NCBI GenBank assembly: GCA_047495785.1
Contig: JBLDXI010000017.1
Span: 124,001-188,000, forward strand
DNA: 64,000 bases
Reading direction: 5' to 3'
From: Lepidodermella squamata
Taxonomy: Eukaryota; Animalia; Gastrotricha
A program made the position numbers and the translations under genes. The notes under the pieces are model-generated. The model did no database searches. It was not told where the DNA came from and was given only the letters and a program-made list of their open reading frames with translations. How positions within the stretch are numbered: the first letter of the stretch is position 1; the number at the start of each line of letters is the position of its first letter. Positions 12,935 through 23,999 of this stretch are shown one piece after another.

Positions 12935-14000
12935 CCGTAAGGCGGCCTTACTTTGGACTTCGGGATATAGTGAAATCATTACCAAATTATTGAATTCAGT
13001 ACCAAACATCATTGAATTTCGTACCAAATTATTCCAAATAGTTCCAAATCCCCAATTTGAAGACCCAGTCTTCAATCCTAACCTAACCCTAACCTAACCC
13101 TAACCTAACCCTAACCCTAACCCTAACCAGTTGAAAAACGAATAAAATGGTTAGGTATTGAATTAAATGAAATTTGGTACCGGCGTAAGATTTTCCCTCG
13201 GACAAAAACGTGTTTTTGGGACTTAGTTTTTCGAGGTGAACGAATTTTTTGACGGGCTTTATGTCAAAAGATGCGCCTTGAAAAACTGCATATTCTAGTA
13301 TCAACTCCGGAAAAAAAATAATTTTTCCCGTACAGGTATTAAAGGAAAACTGGTCCGGCTAACTTCGGACACAACTGGGGTAATTTCGGACAGCTCAATG
13401 TGAATATTTAGATTGGGGTCAAAGTTCACATTAGAGCGAGATAAAATTTGTGAGCAGATTTAAGAAAAAAAACTTGAAAAAAACCAAAATGCATGATGAG
13501 GGATTCGAACCCTCAATATTGAATTGTGCTCCCAACGCACCTTAGTGCTGTTCTCAATAAAATATGGAGTTTAAAAAATGTCAAGGTCAATTGACATCTT
13601 TTTGAATTTCCCGTAGTTTGAAGCTGTCCGAACTTCCCCGGGACAAAATTTGTTTTCTAAAGTATTTCCTGATCAAAATTTTCGTTAAAAATTGGTTTGA
13701 ACATAACAGCATTACTAAATCGATGGTGCTCTATCTTTTCCGCTTCTCTCCAGCAAAAAATACCTACCTGGTGAAAAGTTAGCAATTTTGGGTCGCGGGA
13801 CATGACTGCCAAGAAGTTAGACTATTCTTCGCATACTTATCTGTTTTCAATGTTGGTTTCTGGTGTCATTTGAAAGCCAAGACTCAGGGCTATCTTTTGC
13901 AATTTGAACGGTCTCTATATTCACCGGGGTTGAGGAGAAATTCCAGTTCAAAGTCAAAAGTGTCCGAAGTTACCCTGTCCGAAGTAAGACCGCCTTACGG
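12935..14000. mobile_element. TA-flanked non-autonomous DNA transposon (Tc1/mariner-pogo-like MITE)
   Basis: TA|CCGTAAGGCGGCCTTACTTTGGAC ... GTCCGAAGTAAGACCGCCTTACGG|TA, with internal GGTAACTTCGGACA-type repeats. Confidence 0.8.
13077..13128. repeat. Telomere-like (CCTAA/CCCTAA)n tract inside the MITE
   Basis: cctaacctaaccctaacctaaccctaacctaaccctaaccctaaccctaacc. Confidence 0.9.
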
Positions 14001-16479
14001 TATTGTGTACATAGACATAATATCAGTATAGACTGTCTACTCACGAGAAAAGGGGTGTAACGCCATGGGCGCCAGATGGTCAGCTGATTCATCAATTTCT
14101 TGGAGGCGAAAAATCGGAAAATTCAACATTTCAGCCGTCGATTTCTTGGCGATAAATGGTCAGAATGCAAAGAACCAGAAAATGTCATCAGATAGATCTC
14201 TTCGAGAGGAACACAGTGATATTTTTCCTTAATTTTAATAATTAATAATTTAATAATAATAATAATTAGGAAATTAGTTTTTGCATTCGGTAATAAACCA
14301 TGACAACAGCTTCAAAAATAGTTAAATTGAAGGACTTTTTGAGGAAAGTAGATTCTTCATGCCAAGAGCTACCTTTTGATACTTGGAGCGATCTTGGATG
14401 ATTTTTTCCTGATTTTCTGGAAATTTCGAAATTCTCGGACAATGGTTTTTGCATTGATTTTAAACAGTGACCCTGTGCTGGATAATTTCCAAGTGCGCCA
14501 TGTGCTTCCGTCACACGTGCTTACACAAAGGTTCAGGATTGAATCCTTATAATTAACATTATAATCCATTATAATTAACCCACTTTTACTCGGGTATTTA
14601 GGACCCTGATGGGAGCCTTCTATTTAGCCTAAAAATTAAAATTGAAGCTTCTAATAATTCGAGGCTAATAATTCGACCAAAAAATTAAATTCGAGGCGAT
14701 GAATACCAAGTTTTGGGTAAAAAGTATAAAAAGGCCGGTTTTCTTAATCATCTATTTTTGGACACCCTAAACCCATTTTTGCCCTATGTTACTCGGGATA
14801 AATAACCCCCGATTATTTTAAATAGTTTTCTGGTATTTAGCAATTCGAAACTATTTTATTTTTATTCTATAAATTACCGGCCGTGCTAAATACCAAGTGC
14901 TAAATAGCGAACTTTTTTTAACATTGTAGACAATTGAAAGATTCTACCAGATTGCCATCCAAGGTTGCTTCGCGAGCGTGAACCCCATTGTGCAAGAAAA
15001 ATTGATATTTAAAAACGTCGATAATTAAAAAACATCTAGACTGATGAAGTGATTCCGGTATTCATTAATTCATTACATAGATAACGGGTTCCTTATATAT
15101 CGGTTTGCTAAATGTTTAGACAAAGCTATTAAAATAAAAATTTCCAGTGATGCTAGCTACCAGCAAGTTTAGCCTGTATAGGGACTATCGATAGCTCAGC
15201 GTTATATATAGCTCAATAAACAACGATGTCGCTTTTGTTTTTGCCTTTTGAACCCTACGCGCGTGCTTTCAGCAATATTGTTTATGGCCTCGTCCGATTA
15301 TAATGCTTTGTGCGACTGGCGGGAAAATTACATTTGTTTTGATCGGAATTAAAGACACCGAAAAGTGTGTTTTACGAATTGCAAAAAATTGAAATTGAAA
15401 AAATTGTTCTTCATTTTTGCATGCAAAAGTATCGTAGGGTATAACTCATCACTGAGCCTCCGATTTTCGATCTGAAAATATTTTCTTAATCGTCTCAACG
15501 AGTAGACCACGATAGGCTATTTAATTCTGAAAATTACCCTAAAACCTTATTATTTAAATGTTCAAAGTTTCCATAATTTTCAAATATTTTCGGCGATGGG
15601 AAACATTCGTTTTCATTTGATTTTGTGGCTAAATATAAAAAAGTGTTTCGACCTATCTAGAGCTCGGATGGAGTTAATTTTAAGGAAAAAATAGTCCCAT
15701 CAAATGAAGAATAATTTGATATGATAAACACAACATAAAAATATGAAAATCTTTATGAAAATAGACGAATTTTGAATTTGGTGTCTATTGTTTCAATGTA
15801 AATATTTCGATCCGAGACGATATTCGAGAAAATTGAATATATTCTTAACTAGATCATTCTTTGATATTTTTTACCATATTTTTCCCACTTATTCATGAAA
15901 AGATGTTCGAGGAATACCGGGAAGGTCATCGAAAAATTCTGCGCAATAAAAAAAAGTTGTCGCAGTTCGATATCACGCTTGGTTGGGATACCACCTACCA
16001 CCCAAGGGGACTGATGAGGGTTAAGCCAACTTAATTTTGGGTTTCAGCAATCTCTTTTATGCATGCCTTCAATAAATAGCAACCGTTATACGAATCAGAT
16101 ATTTCAAAAACATGGAAGACTTAGAACTTTGATTAGATTGATTAGAGATGAGAAATTATACATTCAGCACTTGAGCAGAGACAGATGAAATTTTCCAGAA
16201 TTTTAGAGATCGACCAATTTGTCACTTTGTTGAATCTGTCCTTTTGTCGATGAGAACGGGGACAGATACAAGAGAGGCGAACAACTTATTTTATCTGTCC
16301 CTTACTTGTTATCTGTCCCAGTGCTCTTGTCGAGAAGCGGGGAAAAATTGAAGAAGAAAGAGACAATTACCAGCGAGAAAAGGACGCGTTATTTTGAACC
16401 GGGACATTTATCAGAGTGTTACCTCACTAAAAACGAAGTATTTTTGTTTTTTCATTTCTCGCATATGTTCATGGCTGCT

Positions 16480-17100
16480 CATTTTCAAATTAACTCTATT
16501 TGTAATGTAATTGCCATCAAATCGTACAAATTGGAATCATGTGACAAGTCATCGACAGCGTCTGCCATAACTGCCCCTGTTGCATTTCCAGTTAATGGGA
16601 TAACAGATAACAGTCAAAAACCAGCTTTAGCAATGTCACCACTGAATTGGGGACCCTGAATTGGGACCTCACTGCTCTCCTGACCTCCAAGTCGTTTCAT
16701 TATAGTATCCCAGCTGACAGCGAACACTTATGAAGAACTTATCACAAGGCAACTTTCACTTCCGCGGCTGATTGCGTAATCACTGTTGACAAAGATACAT
16801 GCAACTATTTACGCCTTACTTATACAATTAAATGATGTAAATAAAATAAGAAATTTTTGATTTTAGTGATTTTTTATAATAAGATTTTTGACCTTGAAAT
16901 GGTAGCTAAAGACGCTTTTGCCAGAATGCTGAGCTGCACATCTACTGTAGAGCTGCCGGACTCGCGCTGAATGCTGACGAAACCTCTGCTCACAATTCTT
17001 GATTATTTTGCATACCACTCGTGCACAGTATCGTTTGGGCTGGACAGTCTCGATAAGATGCGATGACCACATTTCAGCTACTACCCGAAACATGCTTCTT
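16480..17100 (-). pseudogene. Decayed DNA-transposon transposase fragment
   Basis: Interrupted minus-strand translation AVSWDTIMKRLGG..., LLSVIPLTGNATGAVMADAVDDL..LYDLM resembles the recalled 'VHWDGK...QLLGVP..GTG..A.AV..L' segment of invertebrate DDE transposases. Stops are present. Clustered GGGACAGAT/ATCTGTCCC repeats at ~16180-16320 look like subterminal repeats. Confidence 0.4.
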
Positions 17101-17387
17101 GAGGAATAGCTAAGGTTAGCTTTTAAATCCTAGGACCGCGCTTGATTTTTTGTCCCTGATGACAAATAAAATCTTTAGATTTAGATTGTAACTTCTTCAA
17201 TGATTCTGTAACTTCTAAATCTAATGATTTCGCTATACCATCAAACTGTACGCTTCAAAATAAAATCTTTGATTTCTTCCCGTTTCATCTCTTGTTTCTT
17301 TTATGGCGCTCAATTGAATTATCTCACTATGGCACTTACTGCTTATTAGCGTCACCGTCAAAGGCCTTTGTCATTCCTTTAGTTAAC

Positions 17388-18227
17388 ATGGCAGATTTAA
17401 GCTTGAGTGATTATTATAACTTGGTTCTCCGCTCCTTGGAGAAATCCCTACTTGAAGACACTCAGATCGGAGATCTAGTTCCGGATGACTTTCGTAACCT
17501 GTTGGAGGATGACGAAGACCTCAAGACATGTCATGCTAAACCCTTAACAACCCATAGCTTCTTCGGTTTTCCTCTTCACCCATTGTACACCAAAATTGCT
17601 AGAGTTATGTACGAATGGTCGGAGACGGGAATTTGCCCAGTGCATCAACTCCCAGTGTTTGAAGTCTTTGATGACAAGGATTATTTGAATCAGTTTGCCG
17701 TGGTGGAACGAGAAGTTTTTGAATATCTTAAAGGTTTAGAATCACTATGGGCCTGTTGGAATGACGAGGAGAAGATATTTCGTATGCAGCGCATTTTCGC
17801 CTGTTTAGGCCGCCGAGGCTTACTCACACTGCTTGGAGTGAGAAAGACGGTTGGATCAGTCGACTTGTGGCCTCCACCTTTGTCGAAACTGCTTTTATCA
17901 TTTGATGAACCTATCGCGCCAGGATCATATTTAAGTGATGGAGCTCGAGCGATATCAAAGCATTTTGTCCGCGATACAACAAATCGCTTTTGGGGTGAAT
18001 GCAAGGGAAATGATACCCAGAAGACGGCTGAAGCCAGAGCGAAACTCCGCATTCTAGTTGAAAACGCTGTGTGGATAAACATTCATCAGCTACCAGGAAA
18101 GCTTCCTATCATAGAAATACGGCAAGAAAATGGCTATGGAGCGCGGTGGTTAGCCGACGGCTTATCATTCCGCGGCCTAGTCGAGCCTCATATGGTCGAC
18201 GGCCATGCGGTTGGTTGGAAGCATTAA
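17388..18227 (+). CDS. Intronless conserved uncharacterised protein (279 aa), similar to the C-terminal part of plant ASCH-domain RNA-binding proteins
   Basis: Long ORF. First ATG at 17388 follows an acceptor-like TTCCTTTAG. Motifs GARAISKH, FWG, WINIH, EIRQENGYGARW..DG..FRGLVEP..DGH..GWKH. Confidence 0.8.
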   Translation: MADLSLSDYYNLVLRSLEKSLLEDTQIGDLVPDDFRNLLEDDEDLKTCHAKPLTTHSFFGFPLHPLYTKIARVMYEWSETGICPVHQLPVFEVFDDKDYLNQFAVVEREVFEYLKGLESLWACWNDEEKIFRMQRIFACLGRRGLLTLLGVRKTVGSVDLWPPPLSKLLLSFDEPIAPGSYLSDGARAISKHFVRDTTNRFWGECKGNDTQKTAEARAKLRILVENAVWINIHQLPGKLPIIEIRQENGYGARWLADGLSFRGLVEPHMVDGHAVGWKH

Positions 18228-18357
18228 AGGGCTTTCTTTGAACATTAAAAAGTGCAATTTATTCAAGCTTGCTGATACATGATGTATTATTTTGGTGATA
18301 AAATATATTTATTTTCAACTTGTATTCTAGGATTTTTGAATTTAATTTAAGACTAAG

Positions 18358-21300
18358 ATGGCACCGCCGCCTGCAAAGCAATCGACGCCAAAAGCGGGCA
18401 AGCTTTACGATCAACTGCTTGAATTTTTTGCTAGCGCCATCTTTCAAATGCCTGTTTTGAACTTCATTGATCAAAATTGCACTGGTATGTAATTTTTCGC
18501 TACAGCATTGTTATCTTTCATACGTTTCTTCTCTAGTTTTCTGTTCAGAAGAAGATGATAATCCAGAGTACCGAGAGATTCATTTGCAATACAAAGCTTT
18601 GGTATGAGATAGTTCTTCCTTTGAGTTCTTGTGATAATTTTGCGATTTATTTATAGGTTTCCGCTTTGATTGGGGCTTTCTGCGAGGATGCAAAAATGAA
18701 ATACGATGATTTTATCACAGCTCTTTCGGATTTCAGCGATCGCGCTAAAGGCTTTGAAGGCACGGCTTTGAAAGCCGTCTACGAGCAAGTTCTAGCCGCT
18801 GAAAACTACAGTCTATTCGTTAATCTCATGCTGCGGCACAACGTCGAACTGCAACAGCAGTGTCTACTGCTCATTTTACGCGAAATCGGCAATTTGCCTC
18901 CGTCTGTTATTGCTGCTGCGACCGGGGCGAGTGTTGAAACCCTGCAAGCTCTAGTTGCCTCGGCCCAGGCCGGTCAATTAGGGGCAACTGGGGCTGGCGG
19001 AGCGTCAGGCCGAGGCGCTTCAGGGCCGGGTGGAGCCGCTAACCCACAAGACCAAGAATTGGCGATTCTAATGGCCGTTTTAAAGTAGAAATTCACATTT
19101 TCCGAGTATTTATTGAATTCATTTCAATTTTATTTACCAGAGATACGAAATTGGACGATCAACCAGTGAGTGCGGCTAATTCGAAGAAACAAGTCGAGGT
19201 ACCAGCTGCTAAAAATGCCCCGCCAAGTGGAACGACCAGCGGCGGCCTCGGTCCTCTACCCCCAGTCAGCGGCGGTGGAAGATCAGCGGCGAAAGCTGAC
19301 GAGGAAACTGCCGAAAAAGTTGCTGATTTGGTCGATAAAATGGCCGGCAAAAAGGCGTCTTATGACAAAAAAGTCGAACAGGTACGATTGATTTTTTATT
19401 TCAATTTTCCCTCAAAAGATGCTTCGAGCCAGAATTTTTTAGAAAATATTGTAAAAAAAAATCAGAAGAATTTCAAATGCAGTTTTTTTGAATAAATTGC
19501 GTTTTTTCAAGGTTAATTTGTTTCGTTTCCGCCGGAAATTAGCTTGTAAAATCGTACTTTAATTCGATATATTTTTGAAAAATTCTGGCTCGGCAGTGAT
19601 TTTCAGTTCCGTTTGAATTATTTTTCGTATTTTCGAATATTTTTCTCTTTTTTTAATTTTGTTCTTGTATCAATTTTCACTTCCACTCCCATTCCCTCCC
19701 ATTTGATTAACCCAATCAGGAAGCATCGGCCCTGAAATTAGACCCCGCCTCGTTGGCGGGTGGACAGGCACGCCGCGTGCCTATCGTCATCGGTGCTATG
19801 CAGTACGACGAAAGCGATGAGGATAGCGGTGAGGCAACAAGTAGTGACTCGGAAGAGCCGAAATCGTCGACGACAAACCTCGAAGACGACGATGACGAGC
19901 CTGTTGAGTTGTTGCCGGCCCAAGATTCGCCGAAAGAAAACACTTCCCCTAAACAAAGCCCACCCCCACCTCCAGTTTCGCCGCCTAAACCGCCCGTTGA
20001 ACACAGAGATAATGTATTGAAATTCAATGTTCGGTTTTTGATGGAAAAAAAATGATAATTGCAGTTGTCTCGTGATTCACCACGCTTTAACCTGTGATCG
20101 TCAATGCAAGCCAGTCCTATGTGTTATCCGTAATTAACCTGTTAGGCTCAATGCCCGGGTAATGTATTATAAAAATCCGAATGATCCGTTTTAGTAGATT
20201 CGAATAGCTATAGGTATTTAGATGGGGGTTGTAATAAGAAAAATTCACATTCGTTGTATGAATATTTGGAGAATATTCTCGAAAATCTTAATTTAATTGA
20301 TCTGTAATAAAAACCGGCTTTCAATCAATTTTTCGCTCAATTTTTGTGAGATTTTCCAACATTTTCTGTCGGGGCTATTCGATGGTGAAACTGACAAAAA
20401 TACGCTCTTGCTAGCGTTTTCGATATCGATGAAGTCGAAAGTCGCGAACGATTTTGTTTTGCAAATTCGGGGCACGTTAAATTTCGAAATTTAGCAGCCC
20501 GGACTTGTTAATTTTCGGATCCCGAAAAAATGAAAATTTCGAAGACTTTAATCTCGAGATATTATTATAGTTTCCCGTTTTCAGGCTCTATTATCCCATC
20601 TGAAGAGGGCAGATAAACGTTATGGGCTACTATATCAAAGCTATCCCCAAATTTTCCCTGTTTAAATGAAGAAATGTGAGAATATAGAAGAATAGTCCCA
20701 AATTTGCAGAACTTTTTGGTCTTTGAATTTTCGAGAGATTTTCAAGTTCATATATTCAGCTTTTTTCACCAAATTCGGCGTTTTTTCGGGCCATTATCAG
20801 CCCCTTTAAAAGTAGTTTTTTATCCGTGTCTGGGTTCGAATGAAAATGTCGTCGCTTTTGTTGTCATCTGTCTCGCCTTTGTCTTGTACTTAATCTAGTT
20901 CATGGCACATTTTTCGAATTTTTTAACGATTTTTTCCATTTTTTCTGCAGGCAATGCTGAGCGAGGAAGCCGGGCCTTCTGCTAGCAATCGCAGCTCGAC
21001 TGGCTCGAACTCGGGCGCGACAGGAGGCAGCTCGCTGCCGCCACTGCCCGGCGTCGGCCGGTCAAGCGCGACCGGAAACGAAACGTCCCTAGCCGCAATT
21101 TCAGCCATGCTGCAGCCGCTAGCCAGCGACGGCTCATCGGGCTACGGCAGCGACGGAAACGCGGCCGCCATGCTGAAAAACCCGGCGACGCAACGCGCCC
21201 TGGAAGCGTTGAAGAACATGAACGCGGACGATTTGGTCGCTCGGTCCGAGTATCTGAAATCACAGCGTGACCGGCTGTTAGCCATGAAGCAGCAACAACG

Positions 21301-21499
21301 GAAAACTGTGTTGGACGAAGAGGCGAAAAAATCGGTGGCATCGCGGCCGAAATCGGCGCGAATTTCGAAGCAGTTTGTTGACGACGAAAAGCCGGCGGCC
21401 GCGTCGAATTTGAGCGCGGAGGATGAGGAGAAACTGCGAATTCGGCGCGCGATTGGCGACTCGATCCGGCGCGAGTTGATGGCATCGAAGGACAAGTGA
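18358..21499 (+). CDS. CFAP36: Cilia- and flagella-associated protein 36 (CCDC104/BARTL1; BART domain)
   Basis: Spliced N-terminus FQMPVLNFIDQNC..EYREIHLQYKALV..EQVLAAENYSLFVNLMLRHNVELQQQ. C-terminal RSEYLKSQRDRLLAMK..RPKSAR. Exons approx. 18358-18484, 18537-18601, 18657-19085, 19141-19381, (19720-~20013), 20951-21499. Confidence 0.9.
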
Positions 21500-22539
21500 T
21501 ATTTATTCCGAACAAAAAATTGCGATTATCTCATCGTTACGTTCCATTTTTTAGTAGAATATTAGGACCAAACTTGCCCATTTTTTCTTGAAATTTAGGC
21601 TCGAATTTTACTTATCGTCGTAGATTGAGATATTTTTCTTCTCCTTGCCGAATTTTCATGTTTTGTATCACCCTATTATTATAAAATGGGAAGAACTGTG
21701 GTTGGTAACAACTTTGCATTAAATCACTGCTTAATGACATGTAAATTATGTTGTGAGAATTGACCTAATTTCGGACACGGAACGCTTGGATATTTTGAAA
21801 AAAATGAAAAATTTTGATTTTTTGAAATTTTTTGAAAATGTTAAAAATTGAAATTGTTGTAGCTTTTCCCTTGAATTTTCAAAAGCTCAAAAATTAAATT
21901 TTTTGAAATTTTTCTTTTGAATTTTTTGAAATTTGAAAAACATCCGCGAAAGTGTCCGGAATTGGGCTATTTATTGTTGGAAATTTTCGATAATTTAAAA
22001 TTGTGTTATTTGTTTTTTTGTTGAAACAAACCGTGTGCCATTTTTCTTCACTCGTGATCTCTTATATAAAATTGTGAAAAATGATGATTTTCTCGATTTT
22101 GTCAAATTTCAGATCTCAATTTATGCGAAATCTCAGAGTCATTTCACCGACATAATATTAAACTAAAAATAACATAAGCTGTCGCAGCTTTGAAAACTGG
22201 AGCATTTCAGTCCATCCTTTATTCGTGGCAATTTAATTAACTGTGGAAAATCTAAAAATACCGGAAAAATAATCCGAAAAAAGCTGTGTTCAAAATTGTA
22301 TAACTGTCTCTGTGCAACCTCTTCTTCATCTTCGGACCTTTCTTCGTTCATCTCAACAGCTATGCCTCGTATATATAGTAAATTGAATTGTGTATAACTG
22401 AAAGCGATGTCGCAACCTGTGTATTAAAAATAAAATTATTAACAGACATGTTATTCAACGCAAGTTGTTGAAGTTTTGTTTCGCTTGACAGTAATCGAAT
22501 AGACTGCGATTCGAGACTAAGACGGAGCTGAAGACAACA

Positions 22540-23999
22540 TAAACATGTCCGCGTAGTTCAATAGAGTGTCAGTTGAAGTTCTATAGACCTTCGAAAATAC
22601 ATAGGCAACACGTCCGGGCAGGAATTGCCTGGAAACGCGAAATCTAGGGTTGCAAGAATGGCGTGAAATGAAAAGCTTGAAAGATGAAACCCCGGAAAAC
22701 TGAAACCGCGATTTATTACCAGGTGTTGAAAGGGAACCAGCCTTGTCTTTGCTTCAGCTAACGAATAGTAGCATATTCATGGGGTCTTCACCTATTGTCC
22801 ACATTTGGACAATCAGCATCAACGTCCACGTATTTCGAATTTTCATGTCCGCGGTGGCGCGTGATGAACGTGATGATCGTTAGAAGCACTGGTGATGTGT
22901 AATTGAATATCAAGAGGATGATCGACGTTAGCGGACGTTTGCGTTTACGTGACATGTTCGGATTGAGTGCACTTTTGAGCCGATGCCGACACAATAACAA
23001 GCTGCGGATTATTCGCGGACATGTCTAAAGCTGGAAGACGTAGTGAGTGGCTTGTTTTCCACCGCCAACATTTTCGTAAACGATTATGTTGGTATATGAA
23101 CACAGCGCGTAAGACTTCATTGTCACTTCAAAAGAGAGGAAAATTCAATCTATGCTGGGCAAAGTTCAGGGAATGCCTTAACTTTGAAATATTCTCGCAT
23201 ACTTCCTAACAAAATGATGTTCATCCAACGAGATGCCAGATGTTAAAGGAATCCGTTTATGAAGTTGGGAAGGAATCAGGAAGCAATGACATGAGTCCTC
23301 CAACGTTAGCTAGTTGGTAGTCGGTGAAACGCAATTTCAAATGTAACTTTTCTTATGTGTTCAATGTCGTTCAAATCATTCAAATTAGCTTGGCGATTCA
23401 TTACATTTTGCGATGGGCAAGTTCCAGAGTAAGTTCCGCAGCTTCGCACAAGCTTGACCTGGATGCAGCATATGCGACAGTTAGGTTTCATTTGTTCTTA
23501 TACTTATGGGAATTCTATATTTCCTTCCTCTCTCTAATGTCGCGATTACAGGTCTATGTTCTTTCCATTCAGGTCAATAATCAGCAGTGCATGAATGCCG
23601 GCTGTAGGGGACAGTTATTTTTGGTTGCTAAATAGAAAATTTCGTTGTAGAGTTGATTAGTTCAAGGTTCACGCTCGGGCGCCTTTTCGAAAACTTGTCT
23701 GCAATTGGATTACATGGTGCCCAGATGACGCAAAGACATGTCGGCGCCTTGAACATTTTCGATGATTCAAGACTCGCAGCTTTCCTTAAGCAGCTAAGTG
23801 ACAGTTTCGACTTGTATCTGCGAATTTGTTCTATTCTTAGATGTCGTTCATCCGGGAATAGCTTGAAAGAAGTAAACATTGCGTCTTTGCAGACAGAAAA
23901 TGTTTGAAAATAGAAGATGCTCAACCTTGTTTTAATTGTTCGTATTAGCCGTTGAAGCAATGGACATCATACGTCATCTTGTAGGTGCGCAAACAGCAT
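22540..23999 (-). pseudogene. Possible decayed gene (F-box/LRR-like)
   Basis: Coding-like composition with broken frames. Begins MLFAHLQDDV*CPLLQRL (F-box-like spacing, in-frame stop); LRLPALDMSANN occurs later. Weak evidence. Confidence 0.2.

Noticed and set aside
13077-13128. True telomere or chromosome-fusion site
   Set aside because: Only ~50 bp, with mixed units, and embedded in a transposon.
14570-16024. piggyBac-like element (GAGGG|TTAA end at ~16020)
   Set aside because: No matching opposite TIR or transposase was found. The region is probably repeat-derived but boundaries are unsupported.
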